Of a stretch of 64,000 nucleotides of DNA, positions 13,187 to 24,394 are shown piece after piece. How positions within the stretch are numbered: position 1 is the stretch's first letter; the number at the start of each line of letters is the position of its first letter. The stretch covers positions 58,652,001 to 58,716,000 of the forward strand of contig CM068745.1 in the NCBI GenBank assembly GCA_035084275.1. The letters are read 5' to 3'. Source of the DNA: Hydrolagus colliei (Eukaryota). The notes below the pieces were generated by a model. That model had not been told where the DNA came from. It made no database searches and was given only the letters and a program-made list of their open reading frames with translations. Position numbers and translations under genes: made by a program.

Positions 13187-13418
13187 AACAAAAACAGAAA
13201 TCGCTGGGAACGCTTAGCACGTCAATCAGCATCCATGAAGGAAGGAAAGTGAGTCAATGTTTCGGGTCCACGACGCCAGTTCTGACGAAGGGTCGTGGAC
13301 CTGAAATGTTGACTTAGTTTCCCTTCTCCATTAGATGTTGCCTTACCTGCTGAGTGTTCCCAGTAATTTCTGTTTTTGTTTCAGATTTTCAGCATCTGCA
13401 GTATTTTGCATTTTTGTG
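13187..13418 (+). mobile_element. Penelope-like element 3' fragment with inverted pseudo-LTR
   Basis: 13187-13274 is an imperfect reverse complement of ~13293-13380; flanked by a 15-bp TSD TACACTATAA[T/C]GTAA (13172-13186, 13419-13433); contains CTGACGA-GGGTC/GACCT-GAAA. Confidence 0.75.
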
Positions 13419-14366
13419 TACACTATAACGTAATCCATCTTGGACTTTCATCCAGGTTTTTCAATAAAAGGGAGCATTTTGTTAAAGATTGACCAGAAAC
13501 TTGGAGTCATGCTTTTAAGGAATTTAAATCACAGAGTGGTCCATTGTCAAGATTAGATTTCTCTCCAAATACTATTAGACGAGAGAAAAAATAGCGCATT
13601 GTTGCCAACTGGAGTCTTGCTTATTTCAGTTGCAATAGCACAGCTCCCAGATTTTAATTAGTCTTTTATCAACAATTTCCTGTGTAGATTTAAGTATCTT
13701 CCTGTTGCTTATCTGATGTCTCCGTGTGTAAATGGGGTGTGTGGTGAATTACTGAACTGTGCACAACAGGAAGATCCCAAATCTGATCTTGCTGTCTGTG
13801 CTGAGTTTCCTGATTTAGTTCGACAGTAATGGGGTAATGGTACTCATGGAAAGTTTACAACATATAAGTAAACCATTCATGTTTATATTTGGCCTCAATG
13901 TCTCAGAGATAGGAAATATAGTACTGTATACAAAAAGTCCCCACCCCGATCACCAATCCAATGAATAACCTTTTCTAAAATATATGTTGATGTTTGGTTA
14001 TGATGTTGCTACTGGTGATGTTGCTCCTGGACTGTAACAAGCTTTACCGTTGCTTGTCCAGCTACGACTATCTATTAGGGCTATTAGGGCTTTGGCTTAC
14101 AGGGTTAACAGAAGCTGAGTGGGAAGATATCTGGCCCTGCTAACATTTTTATGATATTTTTATATAATAATAATCCTTGTATTTGTTTTAGCACTTTTTA
14201 CGTCTTCTAGATATCTCAAAGCGTTTCGTATCTGCAGAATTGCCGCCCAGAACACTGATTCTCTTTTACAAATAATGCCATGGATTTTTTACTGTTTGAA
14301 GTGTCAGCCTCGACTGTGAGTTCAAGATCCTTATTTGGGGTTTGAACCTACAACTTCTGACTCAAA

Positions 14367-14878
14367 GGTGATGGTACTACATAGCTGAGCCAAGCTGACA
14401 CTTGAAACCAGAGGAGCAGGACTGATGAAAGAACACAATGGGAGCCTTTTGTAGACCAGGGTGTGATCGGAGAGTGATGTCCGGTGCGGCACACAGGGGG
14501 TAATGTCCTCCCAACGTGAAAGGCACTCTATAAATGTAGAGTTCTAACGAAGGGTCGTGGACCCGAAACATTGACTCGCTTTCCTTTATCCATGGATGCT
14601 GCCTGACCTGCTGAGTTTCCCCAGCAACTTCTGTTTTTGTTTCACATTCCCAGCATTTGTAGTATTTTGTGTTTTCTCTATAAATGTAATTTGTTGTTGT
14701 TGTTGTTGGTAATGGTTTGGCTAGGACCTGAGAAACTAGTGTTAAATTTCCCACCTAAACCAATGGCTTAATTCCTTGGGATAGGAGGTGATAAGCAGAA
14801 TAATGTAGGAACAAAGCTGCTAAAATTACTTATTTATACTCAAATATTAGTATGGTATAATAGAGTGAGCGACTAGTA
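14367..14878 (+). repeat. Copy 1 of ~510-bp local duplication
   Basis: Near-identical to 15390-15897. Contains a SINE head remnant, unique sequence, and an L2 tail with a nested Penelope-like fragment (14539-14675, TSD CTCTATAAATGTA). Confidence 0.9.
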
Positions 14879-15389
14879 GATTGTAGATGGTAGACCAAGC
14901 AGAATTCAGAGACAAAAAGACACTGTAAGAAAAATCTCTGAAGGCTGTGAAAACCTGCCATTAAAAAAAACTCAGTTGAGAATTTGCACAGGAAATCAAT
15001 CAATATCTAACATAAAGTGGAGAACTGTAGCTCAGTGGTCAGAGCAATCGCCCTCCTCCATGTCGCCTGAATTCTCCACTCCACCATCGGCGACCGTGCT
15101 TTCAGCCACCACGCCCCAAAACTGTGGAACTCCCTTCCCCAACCCCTTTGTCTCACCTTCAACACCTCCCCACCCCCCCACACTCACAACTTCCCATCTG
15201 CAGCTTATGCCTGAAGACCTTTCTCTTGGATTGCACTTAGTCAAAAATGTTCTCAATGGCAAGCTGTAAGTTTTTAACTGCTTTACTCCAGCTGTATCTC
15301 AATACACATTGAGGTACCTAAGCCTTGGGTCTCGTCAACATGTGTCTCACACTCTCCAGAATTAGGTCAGCGTGCTGTATCCGGGGAGA

Positions 15390-15897
15390 GGTGCTGGTGC
15401 TACAAAGCTGAGCCAAGCTGACACCTGAAACCAGAGGAGCAGGACTGATGAAAGAACACAATGGGAGCCTTTTGTAGGTCAGGGTGTGATCGGAGAGTGA
15501 TGTCCAGTGCGGGACACAGGGGATAATGTCCTCCCAACGTGAAAGGCACTCTATAAATGTAGAGTTCTAACGAAGGGTCATAGACCCGAAACGTTGACTC
15601 GCTTTCTTTTCTCCATGGATGCTGCCTGACCTGCTGAGTTTCCCCAGCAACTTCTGTTTTTGTTTCAGATTCCCAGCATTTGTAGTATTTTGTGTTTCTC
15701 TATAAATGTAATTTTGTTGTTGTTGTTGATAATGGTTTGGCTAGGACCTGAGAAACTATTGTTAAATCTCCCACCTAAACCAATGGCTAAATTCCTTGGG
15801 ATAGGAGGTGATAAGCAGAATAATCTAGAAACAAAGCTGCTAAATTACTTATTTACACTCAAATATTAGTATGGTATAATAGAGTGAGGGACGAGTA
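15390..15897 (+). repeat. Copy 2 of ~510-bp local duplication
   Basis: Aligns by eye to 14367-14878 with an offset of ~1020 bp and scattered substitutions/small indels. Confidence 0.9.
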
Positions 15898-16009
15898 AAC
15901 TAAAAAAGGGCAAGGGTTAAAACCAGTACTGTGATGTAAATAAAAATCAATACATAAAAATAGGCAACAAATAATGCCTTAAAAGAAATATTAAATAAAC
16001 AGCAGAAAT

Positions 16010-16723
16010 TGGCAGAAACTGCAGAATGTGAGAAATTGTGGACAGTGAGACTGTCCCAGATGATCACACCTGTGGAACATGCTTATGTCTTGAGTCACTA
16101 TGGCTTAGAGTCTTTAAGTTGGAGTATATGTTAGAGACACTTTGACACATACAGAGAAGGAACATCTTGTTAGTTTACTCCTGAAACACAGTCATAATAC
16201 ATAGAGACAGGCAGGTACAAGAAGAGGAGTGTGTGGTTAACAATCAGCCAGGTAGGGGCAACCTGTTGGAGGCAGAGAAGGATGAACCACAGGAATGGGT
16301 CCTGTCCAACAGGTATGATCTCCTTGCTCCATGTGAGGACACGGATGAAGGCTGCGGGGAGGATGGTCAGAACTCAGGCAGTTCAAGGGGGGAGGAGCAG
16401 AAAATAAACACTAGTTATTCGCGGATTCAATAGTAATGCGATAGATGGTATCCCAGCAGTCCAGGAGGGTGTGTTGCCTATCTGATGTCAGGGTAAGGGA
16501 TATTTCAAAGCCGCTGGAAAGGAACTTGGAAAGGGAGAGGACGTCCCAAAAGGCTGTGGATGCGGGATCCATTCACATTTTAAGGACTGGTGGATAGATA
16601 TTTGTTAGGTCAAGGTATAAAAGGATAAGATACCAGGGCAAGTAAACAGAGTTGAAGTACAGATCAGATTGATTTTATAGAATGGTGGAACTGGCGTAAG
16701 GGGATGAATGGACTACTCCTGTT
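16010..16723 (+). mobile_element. Internally deleted CR1-like LINE (ORF1 remnant joined to 3' end)
   Basis: LSNRYDLL, DSIV and VCCL...RV.DI motifs typical of CR1 ORF1 esterase, then a CR1-like 3' UTR (GGATAGATATTTG...GAATGGTGGAAC...GAATGGACTACTCCTGTT). Confidence 0.6.
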
Positions 16724-16824
16724 GTGGACAGAGAGGGAGAGCACTGGTGCTCAGCATTGGGGACAGGGAGGGAGGACAGTAATGCTCAGTGTTGGCGAGA
16801 GAGAGAGGGAGGGCACTGGTACTC

Positions 16825-17080
16825 AACAAAAACAAAATTGCACTTAGAAAGCTCCATTCACTTCGAGAGGACGTCCCAAAATGCTGAACAGTCAGGTCTG
16901 GACCTGAGCGGGGGGGGAGGGGGGGGGGGAGGGTCGGGGTAGGGGGAAGGGGAAAGAGAGTGGGAGAGGGGAAGAGGTAGTGGGGCAGCTGAAGGCGCGG
17001 TCGAAGAGGAAGGTCTTGAGACTGGCCTTGAAGGAGGAAAAGGAGGAAGCAAAGTGAAGGGGCTGCGGGATGAAGTTCCA
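16825..17080 (-). mobile_element. L2 3' fragment inserted in minisatellite
   Basis: Highly similar to 1300-1541 (GGACGTCCCAAA.GCTGAACAGTCAGGTC...GGTCGAAGAGGAAGGTCTTGAGAC). Confidence 0.85.
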
Positions 17081-17618
17081 GTGTTGTCGGGAGGGAGGGA
17101 AGTGATTCTCAGTGTTGGCGACTGGGAGGGAGGGCATTGATGCTCAGTGTTGGGGACAGGGAGTAAATGCAGTGATCCTCAGAGTTGGTGACAGGGAGAG
17201 AGGACAGTGGTGCTCTGTATTGCGGACAAGGAGGGAGGGCACTTAACCTTGGTGTTGGAAATGGGAGTGGTGGGGGCAAAGTGTTGCTCAGTGTTGGGGG
17301 TTAGGGAGAGAGTGCAATGATCCTCAGTGTTGGGAGACAGGGAGTGACGACACTGATATTCAATGTTGGGAACAGACGGATAGGGCAATGAAGCTCAGTG
17401 TCGAAGATGGGGAGGAAATGCTGTGATCCTCGGGGTTTGGGATAGTCAGGGATCGCAGTCATACTCAGTATTGGGGATAGGATGAGAGTGCACTGGTGCA
17501 CAATATTGGGGACAAGGAGAGAAGGCAGTGATGCTCAGTGTTGGGGACAGGGTGGGTGCGCACCGAAGCGTAGTGTATGGGAAAGGGAAGGAGGGCACCG
17601 ATGCTCAATGTTGGGGAC

Positions 17619-18910
17619 TTTGCAATCCGGTTTTCATGTTGCCCAAAGCATGGAGACAGCCCTGGTCAAAATCTCTAATGACATTTTAAACATCTGTGAT
17701 CAGGCTCTCTCTGCCTCCTTATCCTCCTTGACCTTTCTTCTGCCTTCGACACTGTCGATCACTCCAACCTACCACATCGCCTCTCCTCCCAGCTCAATCT
17801 TCAGGATTTGCCTTTGCCTGATTCGACTCTTGCCTCTCATACCATCTCCACTTTGTTGCCACCAATGGCTTCTCCTCTAGCCCCCGCACTGTCACTGTGG
17901 GATTCATCTCTGTCCTTGGCCCCCTACTTTTCAATGTCTACATGCTGGTGACATCGTCCGCAGACATGGGGTCAACTTCCACATGTATGCGAATGATATC
18001 TAACTCTATTTTTCTGCCTCTACTCTCGATTCAAGGATCACTGCTGTCCTGACAGACTGCCTGTCAGACATCAAGTCCTGGATGAGAGCTACCTTTCTAC
18101 AGTTGAATGCCCTCCTGATTGGCTCGCACCAACACCATCACACATCTGGCATTAGCAGCATCAACCCCCATTCGTTGCACACTTAACCTCATCAAGTCAG
18201 TCAGGAACTTAGGTTTCTTATCAGATCCTCAACGATTTTTCCTCCCCCATATCCAAGCCATGAGTAGACCCGCTCTTCCTTCCCTCACCTCTGCAAAAGG
18301 CTGCTGAAAACCTCATTCATGCCTTCATCACATCCAGGCTCGACTACGCTAATGCTGTGCTTGTTGGCCTTCCCAATTCCTCCCTCCATAGGCCGCAGAG
18401 CATCCAGAACTCTGTGACCCGTGCCCTCTACCACTCCAAGCTCCACAACCCCATCTCCCCCATTCTCGCCCGACTCCATTGGCTCCCCATCACCCAGAGG
18501 ATTCAATTCAAAATCTTGGTCCTCGCCTTCAAAGCCTTCCACGGACTCACCTCACTCTACCTTTGTGATCTACTAACCCTCTACCAACCTACCTGCTCCC
18601 TCCATTCAGTGGGCTCCGGCCATGTCCCCAGCCCACATTCCCCACCATCGGTGGTCGAGCCTTCAGCCACTCTGCTGCTAACCTCTGGAATTCCATCACG
18701 CAGGCCTTGCCCCCTCCCTATCCTCCTTCAAGTCTCACCTCAAAACCCTCTTTTCGACAGTCCCATCAGTCACCCCAAATCCATTCCTTTCCCTCCACCC
18801 TTCCCGATCTTGACCCCAGCTCCGGTCTGAAATACTGACTGTCCAGCACCTTGGAATGCCTCCCGACTTGAAAGGCTCAATACAATACAATTTTGTGGTT
18901 GTTGTTGTTG
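17619..18910 (+). mobile_element. 5'-truncated degraded L2 LINE inserted in minisatellite
   Basis: QSGF...SMETALVKISND (RT region), HMYAND (decayed YADD), LHWLPITQRIQFKIL, (GTT)n tail at ~18898-18910. Confidence 0.85.
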
Positions 18911-20169
18911 GGAGGGCTAAGGTTCTCAGTGTTGGGGACAGGGAGGGAGTGCAGTGATGCTCAGTGTTGGGGTCACTGAGGGAGGGCAGTGATCCTCAAG
19001 TGTTCAGAACAGGGTGCAGTGTTGCTCAATGTTGGGGACAGTGTCGGAAGGCATTGGTGCTCAGTGTTGGAGGACAGAGAGGGCAGTGATCCTCCATGTT
19101 CAGAACAGGGAGCGCTGTGATGCTCATGTTAGGGATGGGTGTGAGGGCTCTATTCCTCAGTGTTGGAGGCAGGGAAGAAGGACCGTGATGCTCAGTTTTG
19201 GGGAGAAGATGAAGAGCAGTGATGCTCAGTGTTGACGGCATGGAAGGAGGGCAGTGATACCAAGTGATGGGGACAGGGAGGCAGGTAGCGAGGCTCAGTG
19301 TTGGGAGAGGGAGGTAGAGCAATTGTGCTCAGTGCTGGGGACAGGTAGGGAGAGCAGTGATGCTCAGTGTTGCCAATGTCGAGGAAGCGCACTGATGTTC
19401 AGTGTTGGGGATAGGGTGGGATGGCACTGTTGTTCAGTGTTGGGGACAGGGAGGGTGGGCATTAATGGTCAATGTTGTGGGCAGGGATGCTTAGTGTACT
19501 GTATAGGACAGTTGGTTGGGTAAGAGGACTGTGATATTCTAATACTCAGTGTTGGGGACAGTGGGTGGTGGAGGGGCAGTGATGCTCAGTGATGGCGACA
19601 TTGTGGGTGAGGGGGAAAGGAGTGGTGTTCAATGTTGGTTGACAGTGGGTAGGGGATAGTGATGCTCATTGATGGAGACAGTGGGTGGGGAGGGGGGGCA
19701 TTGGTGGGGGTGGGGACTGTGATGCCTAGTGTTGGATGGGGGCAGTGGGTGTGAGGGGGGGAGGGGGGGCAGTGATGCACAGTGTTGGGGGTAGTGGGTG
19801 GGGAGGGGGCCTATGATGTGCAGTGTTGGGGGGCAGTGTTGTCCAGTGTTGGGGATCTTGAGTGGGGACAGTGATGCCCAGTTTGGGGATCGTGTGTGGG
19901 GGAGCAGTGGGTGGGGTGAGATGGGGGGGGAGAGCAGTGTGTGGTTAGTGGGGGGCAGCCCACTACTGATAGGCCCATCACTGCCCATCACTAGTGGGCA
20001 GTGATGGACCACTGAGGTGGGGCTATGATGCTCAGTGTTGGGGTGGGGGGGGCATTATGTGTGTGTGGGGGGGTAGTGGGCGGGCAGTGGGTGTGGGATG
20101 GGGTAGGGGTGTGTGTGGGGGAGTAGTGGGGGCAGTGGGTGAGGTGGGGCTGTGATAGTGTAAGGGGTC

Positions 20170-23100
20170 AATGTGTTTGGGGGGGTCAGTGTGTGTGTGT
20201 GGGGGGGGGGTCAGTGTGTGTGTGTGTGGGGGGGTCAGTGTGTGTGTGGGGGGGGTCATTGTGTGTGGGGGAGGTTAGTGTCAGTGTGTTTGTGTGGGGG
20301 GGTAGTGTCTGTGTGGCAGGGGCTCAGTGTGTGTGTGGGGGGGGTGGTCAATGTGTGTGTGGGGGGGTAGTGTCTGTGTGGGGAGGGGGTCAGTGTGTGT
20401 GGGGGGGATCAGTGTGTGTGGGGGGGGTTAGTGTCAGTGTGGGGGGGGGGTCAGTGTGTGGGGGGGGAGGGGGGTCAGTGTGTGTGGGTGGGGAGGGGGG
20501 TCAGTGTGTGGCGGGGTGTAGTGTCTGTGTGGGGGAGGGGGTCAGTGTGTGTGGGGAGGGGGGCCAGTGTGTGTGGGGGGGGGGTAGTGTCTGTGTGGGG
20601 GGGGGGTCAGTGTGTGGGGGGGGAGGGGGGTCAGTGTGTGTGGGTGGGGTCAGTGTGTGTGGGGGGGGGGGTCAGTGTGTGTGGGGTGGGGGGTAGTGTG
20701 TGGGGGGGGGGTTGTCAGTGTGTGTGTGGGGGGGGTAGTGTCTGTGTGTGTGGGGGGGGTAGTGTCTGTGTGGGGGAGGGGGGTGTCTGTGTGGGGGAGG
20801 GGGTTCAGTGTGTGTGGGGGGGGGGGGTAATGTCTGTGTGGGGGAGGGGGTTCAGTGTGTGGGGGGGGGAGGGGGGTCAGTGTGTGTGGGTGGGGGGGGG
20901 GTCAGTGTGTGGGGGGGGGGGGGGGGTCAGTTGTGTGTGTGTGTGTGGGGGGGTAATGTCTGTGTGGGGGAGGGGGTTCAGTGTGTGGGGGGGAGGGGGG
21001 TCAGTGTGTGGGGGGGGGGTCAGTGTGCGGGGGGGGGAGGGGGTCAGTGTGTGTGGGGGGGGGGTCAGTGTGTGTGGGGGGGGAGGGGGGTCAGTGTGCG
21101 TGGGGGGGGGGGGTCAGTGTGTGTGGGGGGGGGGGTCAGTGTGCGGGGGTGGGAGGGGGGGTCAGTGTGTGTGGGGGTCAATGTGTGTGGGGGGGGGGTC
21201 AGTGTGTGTGTGGGGGGGGGGTCAATGTGTGTGTGTGGGGGGGTCAGTGTGTGTGGGGGGGGGTCAGTGTGTGTGGGGGGGGTGGGGTCAGTGTGTGGGG
21301 GGGGGGGGGTCAGTGTGTGTGGGGTGGGGGATAGTGTGTGTGGGGGGGGGTGTCAGTGTGTGTGTGGGGGGGGTAGTGTCTGTGTGTGGGGGGGGGGTAG
21401 TGTCTGTGTGGGGGAGGGGGGTGTCTGTGTGGGGGAGGGGGTTCAGTGTGTGGGGGGGGGTGGGGTCAGTTGTGTGTGTGGGGGGGGGGGTAATGTCTGT
21501 GTGGGGGAGGGGGTTCAGTGAGTGGGGGGGAGGGGGGTCAGTGTGTGTGGGTGGGGGGGGGGTCAGTGTGTGGGGGGGGGGGGTCAGTTGTGTGTGTGTG
21601 TGTGTGGGGGGGGTAATGTCTGTGTGGGGGAGGGGGTTCAGTGTGTGGGGGGGAGGGGGGTCAGTGTGTGTGGGGGGGGGGTCAGTGTGCGGGGGTGGGA
21701 GGGGGGGGTCAGTGTGTGTGGGGGGGGGGGCAGTGTGTGTGGGGGAGGGAGGTCAGTGTGCGGGGGTGGGAGGGGGGGTCAGTGTGTGTGTGGGGGGGGG
21801 TCAGTGTGTGTGGGGGAGGGGGGGTCAGTGTGTGTGTGGGGGGGGTCAGTGTGTGTGTGGGGGGGGGTCAGTGTGTGTGGGGGAGGGGGGTCAGTGTGTG
21901 TGTGGGGGGGGTCAGTGTGTGTGGGGGGGAGGTCAGTGTGTGTGTGGGGGGGGGTCAGTGTGTGTGGGGGAGGGGGGTCAGTGTGTGTGGGGGGGGGGTC
22001 AGTGTGTGTGGGGGGGGGGTCAGTGTGTGTGTGTGGGGGGGTCAGTGTGTGTGTGGGAGGGGGGTCAGTGTGTGTGGGGGGGGGTCAGTGTGTGTGGGGG
22101 AGGGGGGTCAGTGTGTGTGGGGGGGGGGTAGTGTCTGTGTGGGGGGGGGTCAGTGTGGGGGGGGGGGGGTCAGTGTGTGTGTGGGGGGGGGTCAGTGTGT
22201 GTGGGGGAGGGGGGTCAGTGTGTGTGGGGGAGGGGGGTCAGTGTGTGTGGGGGGGGGGTCAGTGTGTGTGGGGGAGGGGTCAGTGTGTGTGGGGGAGGGG
22301 GGTCAGTGTGTGTGGGGGGGGGTCAGTGTGTGTGGGGGGGGGGGTCAGTGTGTGTGGGGGGGGGGTCAGTGTGTGTGGGGGGGGGGTCAGTGTGTGTGGG
22401 GGAGGGGGGTCAGTGTGTGTGGGGGGGGGTCAGTGTGTGTGGGGGAGGGGGGTCAGTGTGTGTGGGGGGGGGTCAGTGTGTGTGGGGGAGGGGGGTCAGT
22501 GTGTGGGGGGGAGGGGGGTCAGTGGGTGGGGGGGAGGGGGGTCAGTGTGTGTGGGGGAGGGGGGTCAGTGTGTGTGGGGGGGGGGTCAGTGTGTGTGGGG
22601 GAGGGGGGTCAGTGTGTGTGGGGGGGGGTCAGTGTGTGTGGGGGGGGGGTCAGTGTGTGTGGGGGGGGGTAGTGTCTGTGTGGGGGGGGGGTCAGTGTGT
22701 GTGGGGGAGGGGGGTCAGTGTGTGTGGGGGGGGGTCAGTGTGTGTGGGGGAGGGGGGTCAGTGTGTGGGGGGGAGGGGGGTCAGTGGGTGGGGGGGAGGG
22801 GGGTCAGTGTGTGTGGGGGAGGGGGGTCAGTGTGTGTGGGGGGGGGGGGTCAGTGTGTGTGGGGGAGGGGGGTCAGTGTGTGTGGGGGGGGGTCAGTGTG
22901 TGTGGGGGGGGGGTCAGTGTGTGTGGGGGGGGGTAGTGTCTGTGTGGGGGGGGGTCAGTGTGTGTGGGGGGGGGGTCAGTGTGTGTGGGGGAGGGTGGTC
23001 AGTGTGTGTGTGGGGGGGGGTCAGTGTGTGTGGGGGAGGGGGGTCAGTGTGTGTGGGGGGGGTCAGTGTGTGTGGGGGAGGGGGGGTCAGTGTGTGTGGG

Positions 23101-23757
23101 GGGGGTCAGTGTGTGTGGGGGAGGGGGGTCAGTGTGTGTGGGGGGGGGGTAGTGTCTGTGTGGGGGGGGGTCAGTGTGTGTGTGGGGGGGGTCAGTGTGT
23201 GTGGGGGGGGGGTAGTGTCTGTGTGGGGGGGGGGTCAGTGTGTGTGGGGGGGGGGGTCAGTGTGTGTGGGGGGGGGGTCAGTGTGTGTGGGGGGGGGGGG
23301 TCAGTGTGTGGGGGGGGGTCAGTGTGTGTGGGGGGAGGGGGGTCAGTGTGTGTGGGGGTGGGGGTCAGTGTGTGTGGGGGGGGGGTCAGTGTGTGGGGGG
23401 GAGGGTCAGTGTGTGTGGGGGGGGGGGGTCAGTGTGTGTGGGGGGGGGTCAGTGTGTGTGGGGGGGGGTCAGTGTGTGTGGGGGGGGGGATCAGTGTGTG
23501 TGGGGGGGGGTCAGTGTGTGTGGGGGGGGGTCAGTGTGTGGGGGGGGGGTCAGTGTGTGGGGGGAGGGTCAGTGTGTGGGGGGGAGGGGGGGTCAGTGTG
23601 TGGGGGGGGGGTCAGTGTGTGGGGGGGGTCAGTGTGTGTGGGGGGGGGTCAGTGTGTGGGGGGGGGGGGGTCAGTGTGTGTGGGGGGGGGGTCGGTGTGT
23701 GTGGGGGGGGGTCAGTGTGTGGGGGGGGGGTCTGTGTGTGGGGGGGGGGATCAGTGG
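20170..23757 (+). repeat. G-rich simple satellite, unit approximately TCAGTGTGTGT(G)7-12
   Basis: Directly visible ~3.6-kb tandem array with variants TAGTGTCTGTGT and GGGGGAGGGGGG. Confidence 0.97.
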
Positions 23758-24032
23758 TTGAGGGTGGATTGGTGTGGAGGCGGCGCGGTGCAGTGTGGGA
23801 GGCGCTGTGAGCTGAGCCGCCATTTTGTTGCTGAGCGGAGTCGCGCCGTTTCGGTTGTTTTGTCTCTTCCTCTCTCTGTGTTGAAAGTGGTGATCATTTC
23901 CAAAAGGCCCGTGAGTGTGTTATAACTACTGTTATTGTACACACCCCGTATAATAAGACAGATCTGCTCAGGAGGAAGGCCTCTGAGTGAGAGGGAGAGA
24001 GTGTGTGAGGCGGCGGCGCCTGGGCCCGGACC
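23758..24032 (+). promoter_or_regulatory. ARGLU1: ARGLU1 core promoter / 5' UTR
   Basis: Inverted CCAAT (ATTGG 23768-23772) and YY1-type motif GCCGCCATTTT (23816-23826), CpG-rich, just upstream of the start codon in good Kozak context (ACCATGG). TSS not determinable. Confidence 0.6.
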
Positions 24033-24394
24033 ATGGGCCGCTCTCGGAGCCGGAGTTCGTCCCGCTCCAAACACAGCAAAAGCGCCAAACACGGCAAGAG
24101 GAGGGCCAGCCGGTCCCGATCCCGCGACAGAGACAGAGACCGCGACCGCGACAAGGAGAGGCCCAGGAAACGCTCCAAGTCCCGGGAGAAGAAGAGCCGG
24201 CGGCATGGCGGGGGCGCGGCGGGAGGCGGCAGCAGCAGCCGGGAGTCGCGCTCTCGCTCCCGCTCCACTCGCCGCACCACCCCCGAGAGGATCGACATCT
24301 TCGGCAGGAACCTGAGCAAGAGGAGCAGTCTGGACGAGAAGCAGAAGCGAGAGGAGGAGGAGAAGAAAGCAGAACTGGAGAGGCAGCGCAAGAT
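24033..24394 (+). CDS. ARGLU1: Arginine and glutamate-rich protein 1, coding exon 1
   Basis: MGRSRSRSSSRSKH...RIDIFGRNLSKRSSLDEKQKREEEEKKAELERQRK matches ARGLU1; donor AT|GTGAGT at 24395, phase 2. Confidence 0.97.

Larger units (their letters stand above)
16724..20050 (+). repeat. Degenerate ~36-bp minisatellite, interrupted by two L2 insertions
   Basis: Recurrent unit approximately CAGTGATGCTCAGTGTTGGGGACAGGGAGGGAGG in 16724-16824, 17081-17617 and 18911-20050. Confidence 0.85.

Noticed and set aside
20170-23757. CRISPR-like or telomeric array
   Set aside because: No unique spacers, no cas genes, eukaryotic context, and the unit is not TTAGGG.
20139-23925. Long Gly/Val/Cys-rich ORFs up to 762 aa
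   Set aside because: Artefacts of a stop-poor G/T satellite; open in all three frames and with no protein family signal.
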